A DNA stretch of 64,000 nt from an uncultured Bifidobacteriaceae bacterium (GCA_964392775.1 CAYMRD010000007.1:67516-131515), one strand, 5' to 3'. Counted from the first letter of the stretch, positions 19,060 through 28,960 are shown. The notes: generated by a model from the letters alone, not told the origin. Numbers and translations are program-made.

Positions 19060-19176
19060 GAATAAAGGATTACAAGGTTCATTGACATGAACAATGCGTT
19101 AATTCAGCCTCTGCACTTGTCATTTATTCCTCACAACCACTGAGCAAACCGTGTAATTTTACAATCTTTCAAAACG

Positions 19177-19899
19177 TTGAAATCGAAAAGCATGACAGAC
19201 GAAGAGCGAATTAAAAAAGCTTTTGAAAAGAAACACTGGCCGGAAATTAAAGTAACCGATAGCTGGGCAACGTTTAAAATAATGGCGGAGTTTGTGGAAG
19301 GGTTTGAGAAGATGAGTAGGATTGGTCCCTGTGTATCTATTTTCGGATCATCCCGCACCCCAAGCAATCATAAGTATTACCTGCTGGCTGAGGAGATTGC
19401 CCAAAAACTGGTGCATGCCGGCTTTGGCGTTATCACAGGCGGTGGTCCCGGTATTATGGAAGCCGGCAACAAAGGTGCTTACGAAACAGGCGGAAAGTCG
19501 GTGGGGTTGGGCATTGAACTTCCCCTTGAGCAGGCTGTCAATAAATATGTGGACCGCGATAAGATGATCAACTTTGATTATTTCTTTGTGCGCAAGGTGA
19601 TGTTTATGAAGTATGCTCAGGGCTTTGTGGCCATGCCGGGCGGGTTTGGTACCTTAGACGAGCTCTTTGAGGCGTTAATGCTCATTCAAACACATAAGGT
19701 TGCGCGTTTTCCCGTTGTATTGGTAGGAACAGAGTACTGGAGCGGATTGCTCGACTGGATTAAAGGTACGATGCTCGAAAAAGAAAAAAACATCAACGCT
19801 GATGATTTGTTTTTATTCAAGCTGGTGGATACTGCCGATGATGCCGTAACGTATATTCTGGATTACTACGCAGAGATGTCAATCAGCCCTAATTTTTAG
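19177..19899 (+). CDS. LOG-family (TIGR00730) cytokinin riboside 5'-monophosphate phosphoribohydrolase-like protein.
   Basis: GGGPGIMEAGNKGA and PGGFGTLDELFE motifs. Confidence 0.85.
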   Translation: MKSKSMTDEERIKKAFEKKHWPEIKVTDSWATFKIMAEFVEGFEKMSRIGPCVSIFGSSRTPSNHKYYLLAEEIAQKLVHAGFGVITGGGPGIMEAGNKGAYETGGKSVGLGIELPLEQAVNKYVDRDKMINFDYFFVRKVMFMKYAQGFVAMPGGFGTLDELFEALMLIQTHKVARFPVVLVGTEYWSGLLDWIKGTMLEKEKNINADDLFLFKLVDTADDAVTYILDYYAEMSISPNF

Positions 19900-19904
19900 T
19901 ATAT

Positions 19905-20144
19905 TTGAATATGACAAATGCAACATTGAAAAAAGAAGTGCTTGCAGAAATTTCAAAAGCAGACACCCGTGTACTTAAGATGGTACATGCCATGCTGCAA
20001 GCAAATAAAGAATATGACTTTTGGGAGGATATTCCGGAACAGGTAAAAAAGGATGTTGATCTGGCCATAAAAGAATCAGAAAAAGGGTTGGGCAAATCAC
20101 ATGAAGAGGTGATGCTGAAATACAAAAAATGGCTTACAAAATAA
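19905..20144 (+). CDS. Type II antitoxin, Bacteroidota addiction-module type that pairs with ParE/RelE.
   Basis: 79 aa. C-terminal KSHEEVMLKYKKWL resembles antitoxins paired with RelE/ParE toxins. Its stop overlaps the ATG of the following toxin-like ORF. Confidence 0.5.
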   Translation: MNMTNATLKKEVLAEISKADTRVLKMVHAMLQANKEYDFWEDIPEQVKKDVDLAIKESEKGLGKSHEEVMLKYKKWLTK

Positions 20145-20369
20145 CTTGGTTGCCCACGACCGAAAAGAGGTTCAATCAGATCATTGCATACCTTGAGAAG
20201 GAATGGACAATAAAGGAGATTGAAGCCCTTCTTCAGAAAACCAATGATGTGCCTAAGTGTCTCACCCCTAACCTTCCGAAAATCTCCAAGCAAAAAAATA
20301 CATGAAGTTTTAGTTACCAAACACAATTTGTTGTTATATCGCGTCAAAGGAAAACGGGTTGAGCTTTGA
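20129..20369 (+). pseudogene. RelE/ParE-family toxin gene, disrupted by a frameshift in an A7 tract plus an in-frame TGA.
   Basis: Frame 1 reads MAYKITWLPTTEKRFNQIIAYLEKEWTIKEIEALLQKTNDVPKCLTPNLPKISKQKNT*, a ParE-like N-terminus. The expected continuation ...IHEVLVTKHNLLLYRVKGKRVEL is found in the +1 frame after the caaaaaaat run at ~20291..20299. That frame then stops at TGA (20367). Confidence 0.5.
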
Positions 20370-20408
20370 CACAAGACAGCATCCAACAAAAAAGTTTAGA
20401 AAATAACC

Positions 20409-22667
20409 ATGAGTACACTTAAAGAAGACGCATTAAAATACCACAGCAAAGGCCGTCCCGGTAAAATAGAAGTTATTCCAACCAAACCCACCAATACCAA
20501 ACGCGATTTGAGTTTGGCGTATTCACCGGGTGTTGCCGAACCTTGTTTGGAGATTGCAGCCAATGTAGAGGATGTATACAAATACACGGCCAAGGGAAAC
20601 CTCGTAGCTGTTATCTCCAACGGAACAGCCGTGTTGGGTTTGGGTGATATTGGCCCCGAAGCCTCTAAGCCTGTGATGGAAGGCAAGGGCGTGTTGTTCA
20701 AAATTTTTGCCGATATTGATGTGTTCGATATTGAAGTTGATACCAAAGATACCGAAGAGTTTATCCGCACCGTGAAGGCCATCAGTCCAACATTTGGCGG
20801 AATCAACCTCGAAGATATCAAAGCGCCTGAGTGTTTTGAAATTGAACAACGTCTCAAGGAAGAGCTCGATATTCCAATCATGCATGATGACCAGCACGGA
20901 ACGGCCATCATCGTAGGCGCTGCGCTTATCAACGGGTTGGAGTTGGTGAAGAAAAAAATCGGAGAGGTACGTGTGGTGTTCAACGGTGCAGGAGCATCAG
21001 CCATCTCATGTGCCAAGCTGGTTGTTTCCCTGGGTGTAAATCCTAAAAACCTGGTGATGTGCGACAGCAAAGGTGTGATTCGCAAAGACAGTCCGAACCT
21101 CGACATTACCAAACAGCAATTTGCAACAGACTTAAACATCCACACACTTGAAGATGCTATGAAAGGTGCTGATGTATTTGTGGGTTTATCCAAAGCCAAT
21201 GTGCTTTCGCAGGATATGGTGCGCAGCATGGCCAAAGATTGTATGGTGTTTGCTTTGGCAAACCCTGACCCGGAGATTGCTTATGATCTTGCCATTGCAT
21301 CACGCAAGGATATTATTCTGGCAACAGGCCGCAGCGATTATCCTAATCAGGTAAACAATGTACTGGGTTTCCCGTACATCTTCCGTGGAGCGTTGGATGT
21401 GCGCGCCACCAAAATCAATGAAGAAATGAAAATTGCTGCCGTGCACGCGTTGGCGCAATTAACCAAAGAGCCGGTTCCCGAAATTGTGAACATGGCATAC
21501 AACGAAAAAGCCATCACTTTCGGGCCGAAATATTTGATTCCCAAACCGCTTGACCCGCGCCTGATTACAACCGTTTCACCGGCTGTGGCAAAAGCAGCTA
21601 TGGATAGTGGTGTGGCCCGTCACCCGATTACGGATTGGGAAGCATACAACAATGAGTTGCTGGCCCGTTTGGGTAAGGAGAGCAATTTTATCCGTGTAAT
21701 CGGAAACAAAGCCCGATCAAACCCTAAACGTGTGGTATTTGCCGAAGCTGATAACTATAAAATTTTGCGTGCCGCACAGGTGGTGAAAGAAGAAGGAATT
21801 GCCATTCCGATTTTGTTGGGTAACAAAGAAAAAATTGAAACCATCATCCGCGAAAACAAAATTAACCTCGGGGGAGTACAAATTATTGACCCGTTAATGG
21901 AGGACGAAAAACGCACGGCTTATGCCAAATTGTTTTTTGAACGCAGACAACGCAAAGGCATTACCTTGTATGAGGCCAATAAACTGATGCGCGACCGTAA
22001 CCATTATGCTCCTATGATGGTGGACTTAGGTGAGGCAGATGCGATGATTTCGGGGCTGACTAAAAACTATGCAAGCACAATCAAACCGGCATTGCAAATT
22101 TTGGGTAAAGAAGAAGGTATTGATAAAGTGGCCGGGATGTATGTTGTATTAAGCAGCAAAGGCATGTTGTTCTTCTCCGACACAACCGTAAACATTGACC
22201 CGAATACGCAAGATATTGTGGACATCACCAAACTTACCTACGATGCAGTGAAGAAGTTTAATGTGCAGCCACGTATCGCGTTGTTGTCGTATTCCAACTT
22301 TGGTTCATCAGACGGGGAGATTCCACGCAAGATGGCTGATGCCCACAAAATTTTGAAGAAGAAATATCCGGAGATGATAGTGGATGGAGATATTCAGGCT
22401 AATATGGCGCTTAACCAAAAGATGTTGCAGGAAAACTTTCCGTTCAGCGAATTGTGCGGAGAGCCGGTTAATACCCTGATTGTGCCTAACCTTGCTTCGG
22501 GTAATATCACATATAAACTGATGCAGGAGCTGGGTTCGGCTGAAGCCATTGGTCCGGTATTGCTGGGCTTGAAAAAATCGGCCCATGTATTGCAACTGGG
22601 CAGCAGCGTGCGCGAAATTGTGAACATGGTGATTGTGGCTGTGGTTGATGCGCAAAGCAAAGAGTAG
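20409..22667 (+). CDS. maeB: NADP-dependent malic enzyme, large form with C-terminal phosphotransacetylase-like domain.
   Basis: 752 aa. Malic-enzyme N-terminal and NAD-binding blocks (VFNGAGASAISCAKL) are followed by a PTA-like C-terminal domain. Confidence 0.9.
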   Translation: MSTLKEDALKYHSKGRPGKIEVIPTKPTNTKRDLSLAYSPGVAEPCLEIAANVEDVYKYTAKGNLVAVISNGTAVLGLGDIGPEASKPVMEGKGVLFKIFADIDVFDIEVDTKDTEEFIRTVKAISPTFGGINLEDIKAPECFEIEQRLKEELDIPIMHDDQHGTAIIVGAALINGLELVKKKIGEVRVVFNGAGASAISCAKLVVSLGVNPKNLVMCDSKGVIRKDSPNLDITKQQFATDLNIHTLEDAMKGADVFVGLSKANVLSQDMVRSMAKDCMVFALANPDPEIAYDLAIASRKDIILATGRSDYPNQVNNVLGFPYIFRGALDVRATKINEEMKIAAVHALAQLTKEPVPEIVNMAYNEKAITFGPKYLIPKPLDPRLITTVSPAVAKAAMDSGVARHPITDWEAYNNELLARLGKESNFIRVIGNKARSNPKRVVFAEADNYKILRAAQVVKEEGIAIPILLGNKEKIETIIRENKINLGGVQIIDPLMEDEKRTAYAKLFFERRQRKGITLYEANKLMRDRNHYAPMMVDLGEADAMISGLTKNYASTIKPALQILGKEEGIDKVAGMYVVLSSKGMLFFSDTTVNIDPNTQDIVDITKLTYDAVKKFNVQPRIALLSYSNFGSSDGEIPRKMADAHKILKKKYPEMIVDGDIQANMALNQKMLQENFPFSELCGEPVNTLIVPNLASGNITYKLMQELGSAEAIGPVLLGLKKSAHVLQLGSSVREIVNMVIVAVVDAQSKE

Positions 22668-22693
22668 CCGTAGCCGCTAACAGTATGACCGTA

Positions 22694-22726
22694 GCCGTTC
22701 TGTAACCTGTGCAGAACGGCTTTTTT
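22694..22726 (+). terminator. Rho-independent terminator after maeB.
   Basis: gccgttctg-taacctgtg-cagaacggc followed by tttttt. Preceded by a gtagccg x3 direct repeat and a gctaacagtatgac fragment of the MITE-like family. Confidence 0.7.
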
Positions 22727-22872
22727 GCGTGTAAAAATGGGGAAAGCATAAATTGTTTTTGTAAAAACCGCAATAGCGCTTTCATTTCCATTCTGTAAAC
22801 ATTGATTAGCCAAAGTTATTCAAATGATTATTTTTGTCGCTTACTGAGTTGATAAAATTGACCGAACGAAAA

Positions 22873-23649
22873 ATGCACGACAGAGAAAGACCAAGTTTTG
22901 AAGACAGCAACAACGTAACCGTTCAACGTTGTTTTTTTGCATACGAATATGCCCGCGATTTTGTGAAGGGAAAAACCACAGCCGATATTGGTTGTGCCGA
23001 TGGATACGGAAGCCAGTATCTGGCTGATTATACTCAGAGTACCGTAGGTGTTGATTACAGCGAAGTAACGGTAGCTGAGGCTCGTCAAAAACATGCGGCC
23101 AAAACCAATCTTACGTTTAAAGCAGGCAGCGTTCCGCCTCTTCCGTTCGAAAGCGAAAGCATGGATGTGATTACGGCTTTTCAGTTCATCGAACATATCC
23201 ATCCGCGTTTGGAGTTTATGAAAGAAGTTTACCGTGTATTGAAACCGGGAGGTGTGTTTTTGTGTTCAACGCCCAATATCAAAATGAGCATTGCGCGCAA
23301 CCCTTTCCATGTACACGAGTATACATTTGACGAAATGAAAGGGGAGGTGTCGCAAGTGTTTGATACCTTTGAAATACAAGGCGTACAAGGCACTGCAGTT
23401 GTCAATAAATACTACGAAGACAATGCGCGCTGGGCAAAAAAAATATTGAGACTTGATCCATTGGGGATTCATAAAATCATTCCTGCAAGCTGGCTTGTTG
23501 CACCGTATAATTTTTTAACCTCATTGATGCGCAAGGACCTGAAAACACAAAATACTGATACGCTGAACATCACAACCAAAGACTTTTTCTTAACCACCGA
23601 CCGCCTCGATTTTACCTGGGATATTTTTGTGGTGGCCAGAAAGAAGTAA
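22873..23649 (+). CDS. Class I SAM-dependent methyltransferase.
   Basis: Motif I DIGCADGYGSQYLA and post-I VLKPGGVFLCSTPN. Start chosen at MHDRERP; the ORF track begins at 22834. Confidence 0.7.
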   Translation: MHDRERPSFEDSNNVTVQRCFFAYEYARDFVKGKTTADIGCADGYGSQYLADYTQSTVGVDYSEVTVAEARQKHAAKTNLTFKAGSVPPLPFESESMDVITAFQFIEHIHPRLEFMKEVYRVLKPGGVFLCSTPNIKMSIARNPFHVHEYTFDEMKGEVSQVFDTFEIQGVQGTAVVNKYYEDNARWAKKILRLDPLGIHKIIPASWLVAPYNFLTSLMRKDLKTQNTDTLNITTKDFFLTTDRLDFTWDIFVVARKK

Positions 23650-23700
23650 ATCAGTTAATATGTTAATGATGTTGATTGGTTGAAGAGAAATACCCGCTGA

Positions 23701-24087
23701 ATGAAAGCACTGTTTTCCCTTTTGTGTTTGATGTTGGCATGGCCTTTGGTGGCGCAACCACCAACCTATACCGAACAGCAAAAAACAGATCACCTGATTG
23801 TGTTTGTACGCAACCTGAAAGGCTCAACTTTTATCCGCAATGGAACCGGACATACCCCCGTTGAGGCGGCCAACCACCTTCAATACAAACGCGAGAAAGC
23901 GGGTTCCCGCCTAAAAACTGCCCGCGATTTTATTGACAAGGTTGCAACCCAATCATCCATTAGCGGAAAACCCTATATGATTGTGTTTGCGAATGGAAAA
24001 GAATTTCCGGCATCAATGGTGCTCACCAATGAACTGAATAAACTGGAAGCGGGAAAAGTAGCGCTGTTGTTATTATTAAACCATTGA
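23701..24087 (+). CDS. Secreted hypothetical protein (DUF5329-like).
   Basis: 128 aa with a signal peptide. Recognised by overall resemblance to the DUF5329 family. Confidence 0.35.
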   Translation: MKALFSLLCLMLAWPLVAQPPTYTEQQKTDHLIVFVRNLKGSTFIRNGTGHTPVEAANHLQYKREKAGSRLKTARDFIDKVATQSSISGKPYMIVFANGKEFPASMVLTNELNKLEAGKVALLLLLNH

Positions 24088-24116
24088 AGAGAAAAGAGTA
24101 GAATGGAAAGAATCTG

Positions 24117-24632
24117 TTAGTAGCTGGCATTTCTTAGTTTGCTGATTCTTGCATTAATTGAAGGTATATTTTCCTGTTCAACTTCTTTCAGTGTCAGGTT
24201 AAAATCCTGTATCCATTCTTCGTTACTTCGTACAATATGATGTAGTCCCTGCAACGAGTTTACTCTTACTATTCTGCTCTCCTTTTTGTCGTTTGCCCAA
24301 TTAGTCAAAGTTTTCCAAACGTTGCTGATTTCTTTTTTCGTTAAGTCAAGCCGGGACACCAATAATGCCAAATGCCATTTTAGCTCAATGTCTTTTGCTT
24401 TGTTGCAAAGTGTCAGAATATCGTCTTTGTGTTGATACAGGTAATCAGGTTTGTTTACGGTAATTTTTTCGATTGCATCGGCTGCCCGCATAACAACAAG
24501 CCTGTCCTCATGAAGTAGGCATTGAAAAAGGTCATCAAAATCTTTTTGAGTTTGAACTTTCAAAACAACAGCGTTACTTTTCCCAATAGACCTTAAGTCA
24601 CCACCGGATAATATTTTCTCAAACGCTGCCAC
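24117..24632 (-). CDS. HEAT-repeat protein resembling small DNA-alkylation-repair (AlkD-like) family members.
   Basis: 171 aa, all-helical. Repeats of the form WHLALLVSRL...VWKTLTNW. Confidence 0.35.
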   Translation of the reverse strand: MAAFEKILSGGDLRSIGKSNAVVLKVQTQKDFDDLFQCLLHEDRLVVMRAADAIEKITVNKPDYLYQHKDDILTLCNKAKDIELKWHLALLVSRLDLTKKEISNVWKTLTNWANDKKESRIVRVNSLQGLHHIVRSNEEWIQDFNLTLKEVEQENIPSINARISKLRNASY

Positions 24633-24654
24633 TAAACTTCAATGCTTAATACCT

Positions 24655-24795
24655 TTACTTTTCACTTAGGAGCTTTTCCGGTATTGGTCTGCAATTACAA
24701 TTTTTTTGATGGGCTAAATGCCATTTAACCCGTTCTTCAAATTTTGCATTCTCAGGCATTTTATTTTTCTCATGCCATTCCCTGTTAATTTTCAT
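24655..24795 (-). CDS. Small conserved hypothetical protein (46 aa, WH...WH...CNCR motif). Unannotated because it falls below the ORF-track length cutoff.
   Basis: Translates to MKINREWHEKNKMPENAKFEERVKWHLAHQKNCNCRPIPEKLLSEK*. Resembles a widespread small-protein family carrying paired WH and CxC motifs. Sits between the HEAT-repeat gene and the cyclophilin gene on the same strand. Confidence 0.45.
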   Translation of the reverse strand: MKINREWHEKNKMPENAKFEERVKWHLAHQKNCNCRPIPEKLLSEK

Positions 24796-24954
24796 CACTA
24801 TCTTATTTTCTTGTTGAGCAAATAATCCATTGTGTATTCTGCGGGAAACAACATTACAGAATCTTCCCGATAATCATTATTTGTGATGTGGATGATTATT
24901 GGCCTATGGGTATTCCATCAAAAGTGTCTGAATCGGAAACAAAAAGATTAGGAG

Positions 24955-24994
24955 CGAAAAAAGATTGTTGGTGCGATTGTTCTGTCAATCGCAC
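24955..24994 (-). terminator. Terminator for the cyclophilin gene.
   Basis: ggtgcgattg-ttctgt-caatcgcacc, followed on the minus strand by a U-run. Confidence 0.5.
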
Positions 24995-25004
24995 CCGGGA
25001 ATCA

Positions 25005-25607
25005 TTATTTGTTTCGCAACTCTTCAAACACCTTTTCAGCCTTGAACTTTTTAGCGCCTTTACCTTTGCGAATAATTTTAATATGGGTGATGGTATCGTC
25101 TTGCTGAATGGCATTCACCACTTCTTGTCCGGTTATTACATGTCCAAAAATGGTGTGACGGTCGTTGAGCCAGGACGTTTCCTTATGGGTAATAAAAAAC
25201 TGGCTTCCGTTGGTAGCCGGTCCGGCATTGGCCATTGCCAAAATACCCGGTCCGGTAAACCTGAACTCAGGCACAAACTCATCTTTAAATGAATAGCCCG
25301 GTCCGCCTTGTCCGTTACCCAACGGGTCTCCCCCCTGAATCATAAAATTAGCAATCACCCGGTGAAACTTTAACCCATCATAGTATGGTGTACCTGCCGG
25401 TTTGGCGGTATTGGCAATTTTACCCTCGGAAAGGCCAACAAAATTGGCAACCGTTAAGGGGGTTTTTTCAAATTCAAGTTTAAGCAGGATATTGCCTTTG
25501 CTGGTTTGGATTTCGGCATAAAAGCCGTTTTCGAGTTTTGGTTTTTTAGCCTCGGTGTTTGATACTGCTGCAATGAGTATCGTCAATGCTAAGAATAGTT
25601 TTTTCAT
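25005..25607 (-). CDS. Secreted cyclophilin-type peptidyl-prolyl cis-trans isomerase.
   Basis: Signal peptide present. Motifs FHRVIANFMIQGGDP and GPGILAMANAGPATNGSQFFI. Confidence 0.85.
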   Translation of the reverse strand: MKKLFLALTILIAAVSNTEAKKPKLENGFYAEIQTSKGNILLKLEFEKTPLTVANFVGLSEGKIANTAKPAGTPYYDGLKFHRVIANFMIQGGDPLGNGQGGPGYSFKDEFVPEFRFTGPGILAMANAGPATNGSQFFITHKETSWLNDRHTIFGHVITGQEVVNAIQQDDTITHIKIIRKGKGAKKFKAEKVFEELRNK

Positions 25608-25743
25608 GATGCAAAAATTAACATAAGTTGAAGCGGCAAGAAAGCAAAAACCTAAAAATTATAAAAATATGGCTGTTATGCGTCATACCGCAGAAGGTTT
25701 GTAGATTGCAAAATAATGACACTTTAAAAAAGAAATACAAATA

Positions 25744-26769
25744 ATGAATTCCAAACTTCTTAAGACCATAAATTATTTATCCATCACCATTACAGTTGTC
25801 TTAACAATAATCTTCTTTGTTAATCTAACTGGCAACTCTCTATATAGAAATGATAGTCGTTTTTTGACAACGATACCCTACCTTATTTCACAACCTTTAA
25901 TGGTTATTTTCTCCATAATTATTACAATAAAAACCCATCAGCAAAAAGGTGTTATGCTGTTTGCATTGTTCCTCTCATTAATATCAACGGATTGGATAAT
26001 TCAATTCTTACGATTGATGAATGCTGACTGGATACCTCTTATATGGTTATTAATAACTAATGCTTTAACAGCAACGGTTTACATAAAATCGTTACAAAGT
26101 TTTCCGAGACAAATTACAAAACAAGATATAATATCAGTATTCCCAAAAAACAAAATAGCATCTGGATATATAAACTGGGCAATAAAGGATTCTACTTGGC
26201 TAGTATTCCCATTAATAGTAGTAGGATTTACATATTTAAATATCAATGACAAGTTGAATGATTTATTCGTATTACTTACCGCATTGTTATGCTTGTATGT
26301 CAATTATAAAACATCAGCTACAATAGAAAGAAATAAAATATTGTGGCTATTCTGGGGTTTGATTTCTTTTACTTTTCTGGCGATTATTCAATCTATATTG
26401 TATTTCAGCACAACGGAAATTTCACTTATTGTTAGACTGATATTTAATATTTTTATGACATTTGTGCTTCTATTATCACTGGTGATGAGTTTATTCTTTT
26501 CAAATACTTTTGATACTGGTATACTATTAAGGCGAACAATTGTAGATGGTTTTGTATTTATTATAATTATCCTAATGTATAATACTGTAGAACATTATCT
26601 TTTACATTGGCTTTCGCACAAATTAGAAATATCAGATGCTTTATTGTCCTCCTTATTATCGGGAATATTTGTATTGGCATTTAGTCCGCTTCATCATAAG
26701 TTTATGAGTTTTTTAGAGAAAAAAGTAAAAAAGCAACCGCTTGAACACATAGAAAGTACGCACGCATAA
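25744..26769 (+). CDS. Polytopic membrane protein of unknown function, very AT-rich.
   Basis: 341 aa with about 8 predicted TM segments and no recognisable catalytic motif. Codon usage is skewed. Confidence 0.45.
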   Translation: MNSKLLKTINYLSITITVVLTIIFFVNLTGNSLYRNDSRFLTTIPYLISQPLMVIFSIIITIKTHQQKGVMLFALFLSLISTDWIIQFLRLMNADWIPLIWLLITNALTATVYIKSLQSFPRQITKQDIISVFPKNKIASGYINWAIKDSTWLVFPLIVVGFTYLNINDKLNDLFVLLTALLCLYVNYKTSATIERNKILWLFWGLISFTFLAIIQSILYFSTTEISLIVRLIFNIFMTFVLLLSLVMSLFFSNTFDTGILLRRTIVDGFVFIIIILMYNTVEHYLLHWLSHKLEISDALLSSLLSGIFVLAFSPLHHKFMSFLEKKVKKQPLEHIESTHA

Positions 26770-26784
26770 CACAGGTTTTGCGTC

Positions 26785-26900
26785 AGGCGGGGCGAACAGC
26801 TTCGTATGACAGTTTTTCGTAAATTTGAAGTTTCGGCTTCGTAAGAAAGTTTGGTGGTAAAAACCCGCCCGAACGCAAAGCCCGAAACCGAATACTTACG
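26785..26900. repeat. MITE-like intergenic repeat, copy B.
   Basis: Contains gggcgaacagct...aaatttgaagtttcggcttcgtaagaaagtttggtggtaaaaaccc, homologous to copy A at about 75% identity. Confidence 0.6.
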
Positions 26901-27006
26901 GTTTGAATAGAAAGGAGTTAACCGCAGGTGCGCTGCGGTTAAATTCTGCGTCTCTGCAATAATTCTCTTTCAATCGGCTCGATAAATATTATTTTCGTCC
27001 CACTTT

Positions 27007-27843
27007 ATGGCACTTGATCACATTGATGAAACGTTTGAAGACGAAAAAGAAATGAGCTTTTTCGATCATATTGATGCGCTGCGCGGGCATTTGTTCCGGT
27101 CGGCTATTGCTGTGGTTGCCCTTGCTGTGGTGGCATTTGTCAATAAATATCTGTTGTTCGATGTGATTTTGTTTGGTCCAACGCGCACCGACTTCTGGAC
27201 TTATCGTTTATTATGTGATTTGTCGTACAGGTTTACCGGAAGCGACAGTTATTGCATTCACGAAATGGGTTTTGTGCTTTCCAATATTTCGATGTCGGGG
27301 CAATTTACCCAACATTTGTTCATTTCATTTATTGCAGGTATCATTCTGGCTTTCCCCTATATTCTGTGGGAGTTTTGGCGTTTTATCAAACCGGCACTCA
27401 GCAAAAAGGAAATGACTTACGCCAAGGGTTTGGTGTTTTTTAGCTCGGTATTGTTTTTCACGGGAATTTTGTTCGGGTACTTCTTTCTCTCGCCCTTATC
27501 CATCAACTTTCTGGGCTCGTACCGGGTAAGTGATTTGGTGAGCAACGAAATCAATCTCGAATCCTATATCTCCTTTATTTCAACGTTAACCTTTGCCACA
27601 GGACTCATTTTTGAGATGCCTATTTTGGTATATTTCTTGGCTAAAATAGGATTGATGGGCAGCGCCTGGATGCGCAAAAACCGCAGGTATGCTGTGGTGG
27701 TGATTCTGATTTTGTCAGGTATACTCACTCCATCACCGGACGTGGCCAGTCAGATTATGATGTTTATTCCGCTATACGGTTTATATGAACTTAGTATCTT
27801 TGTGGCCAAGGGCGTTGAACGCAATCAAAAAAGAAAAGTATAG
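27007..27843 (+). CDS. tatC: Twin-arginine translocase subunit TatC.
   Basis: 278 aa with 6 TM segments. N-terminal MSFFDHIDALRGHLFRS resembles the TatC consensus (FLDHLEELRRRL). Confidence 0.85.
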   Translation: MALDHIDETFEDEKEMSFFDHIDALRGHLFRSAIAVVALAVVAFVNKYLLFDVILFGPTRTDFWTYRLLCDLSYRFTGSDSYCIHEMGFVLSNISMSGQFTQHLFISFIAGIILAFPYILWEFWRFIKPALSKKEMTYAKGLVFFSSVLFFTGILFGYFFLSPLSINFLGSYRVSDLVSNEINLESYISFISTLTFATGLIFEMPILVYFLAKIGLMGSAWMRKNRRYAVVVILILSGILTPSPDVASQIMMFIPLYGLYELSIFVAKGVERNQKRKV

Positions 27844-27866
27844 TACCACCACCTAAACACAGTCGT

Positions 27867-28298
27867 ATGAAAATAGCAATTGGAGGCGATCATGCCGGAT
27901 TTATGTACAAGCAGGCCATCACGGAAATGCTGACGGCACAAGGACATGTGGTAACGGATTTTGGTCCGGATTCGGAAGCATCTGTTGATTATCCCGACCA
28001 CGCGCACCCGTTGGCTTTATCGGTTGAAAAAGGCGAAACAGAATTGGGCATCTTGATTTGCGGAAGCGGAAATGGTGTAGCCATCACTGCCAACAAACAT
28101 CAGGGTATTCGTGCGGCTTTGTGCTGGAACGAAGAACTGGGCAGATTAGCCCGCCTGCATAACAATGCCAATGTATTGTGTTTGCCGGCTCGTTTTGTAG
28201 ACCTAGCTTTGGCCAAAAATATTGTGACAGCATTTTTAACGGCACAGTTCGAAGGTGGTCGCCACCAAAACCGTGTGGCTAAGATTGCCTGTGCGTAA
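27867..28298 (+). CDS. rpiB: Ribose-5-phosphate isomerase B.
   Basis: MKIAIGGDHAGF... and GSGNGVAITANK motifs. Confidence 0.9.
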   Translation: MKIAIGGDHAGFMYKQAITEMLTAQGHVVTDFGPDSEASVDYPDHAHPLALSVEKGETELGILICGSGNGVAITANKHQGIRAALCWNEELGRLARLHNNANVLCLPARFVDLALAKNIVTAFLTAQFEGGRHQNRVAKIACA

Positions 28299-28958
28299 TT
28301 GATGTTTACTGTTACCGAAATCATTGAACGTACCATTGTGTACGTAAAACATGAATTAGCTGCAGCAGAAGGCGGCCACGACTGGTGGCATATTGAACGT
28401 GTTTGGAAAACCGCTCAGCATATTGCGCAGCAGGAACAGGTAAATTTATTGGTAGTAGAACTTGGCGCTTTGTTGCACGATATTGCCGACTCTAAATTCC
28501 ATAATGGTGATGAGGAGATTGGCCCTCAAAAGGCTCAGACTTTTTTGCAAAGCATTGGCGTGAGTGCCGGGATTATTGATGCAGTGGTGTACATCATCCG
28601 CAATATTTCATTTAAAGGACAAAAACAGCAAACAGCAGGTGCAACACCTGAATTGCAAGTGGTACAGGATGCCGACAGGCTGGATGCCATTGGGGCCATC
28701 GGCATTGCCCGGGCTTTTAGTTATGGTGGATTTAAAAACCGCGAGTTCTTCAACCCGGCTATTCCACCCGATTTACACCAAACACAAGAAGCCTACAAAA
28801 ACAGTACGACTCCAACCATCAACCATTTTTACGAGAAATTGTTATTGCTCAAAGACCTCATGAATACAACCACCGGTAAAGAGCTGGCACAGGAACGCCA
28901 TCTGTTTATGGAAGGGTATTTGGAGCAGTTTTATAAGGAATGGGAAGGACAGGGTTAA
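28299..28958 (+). CDS. HD-domain phosphohydrolase.
   Basis: H...HD signature (WHIERV...LLHDIADSKF) with a downstream D. Confidence 0.75.
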   Translation: MMFTVTEIIERTIVYVKHELAAAEGGHDWWHIERVWKTAQHIAQQEQVNLLVVELGALLHDIADSKFHNGDEEIGPQKAQTFLQSIGVSAGIIDAVVYIIRNISFKGQKQQTAGATPELQVVQDADRLDAIGAIGIARAFSYGGFKNREFFNPAIPPDLHQTQEAYKNSTTPTINHFYEKLLLLKDLMNTTTGKELAQERHLFMEGYLEQFYKEWEGQG

Positions 28959-28960
28959 GG

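Noticed and set aside
20396-21235. 279-aa minus-strand ORF (and 20523..20897), antisense to maeB.
   Set aside because: Shadow ORF inside a strongly conserved malic-enzyme gene. Low-complexity Ser/Thr/Ala-rich translation with no motifs.
22308-22813. Minus-strand ORFs (115-139 aa) at the maeB 3' end.
   Set aside because: Antisense to the maeB PTA-like domain and extending into the terminator. No features.
24888-25292. 134-aa plus-strand ORF overlapping the cyclophilin gene.
   Set aside because: Antisense to a well-supported PPIase gene.
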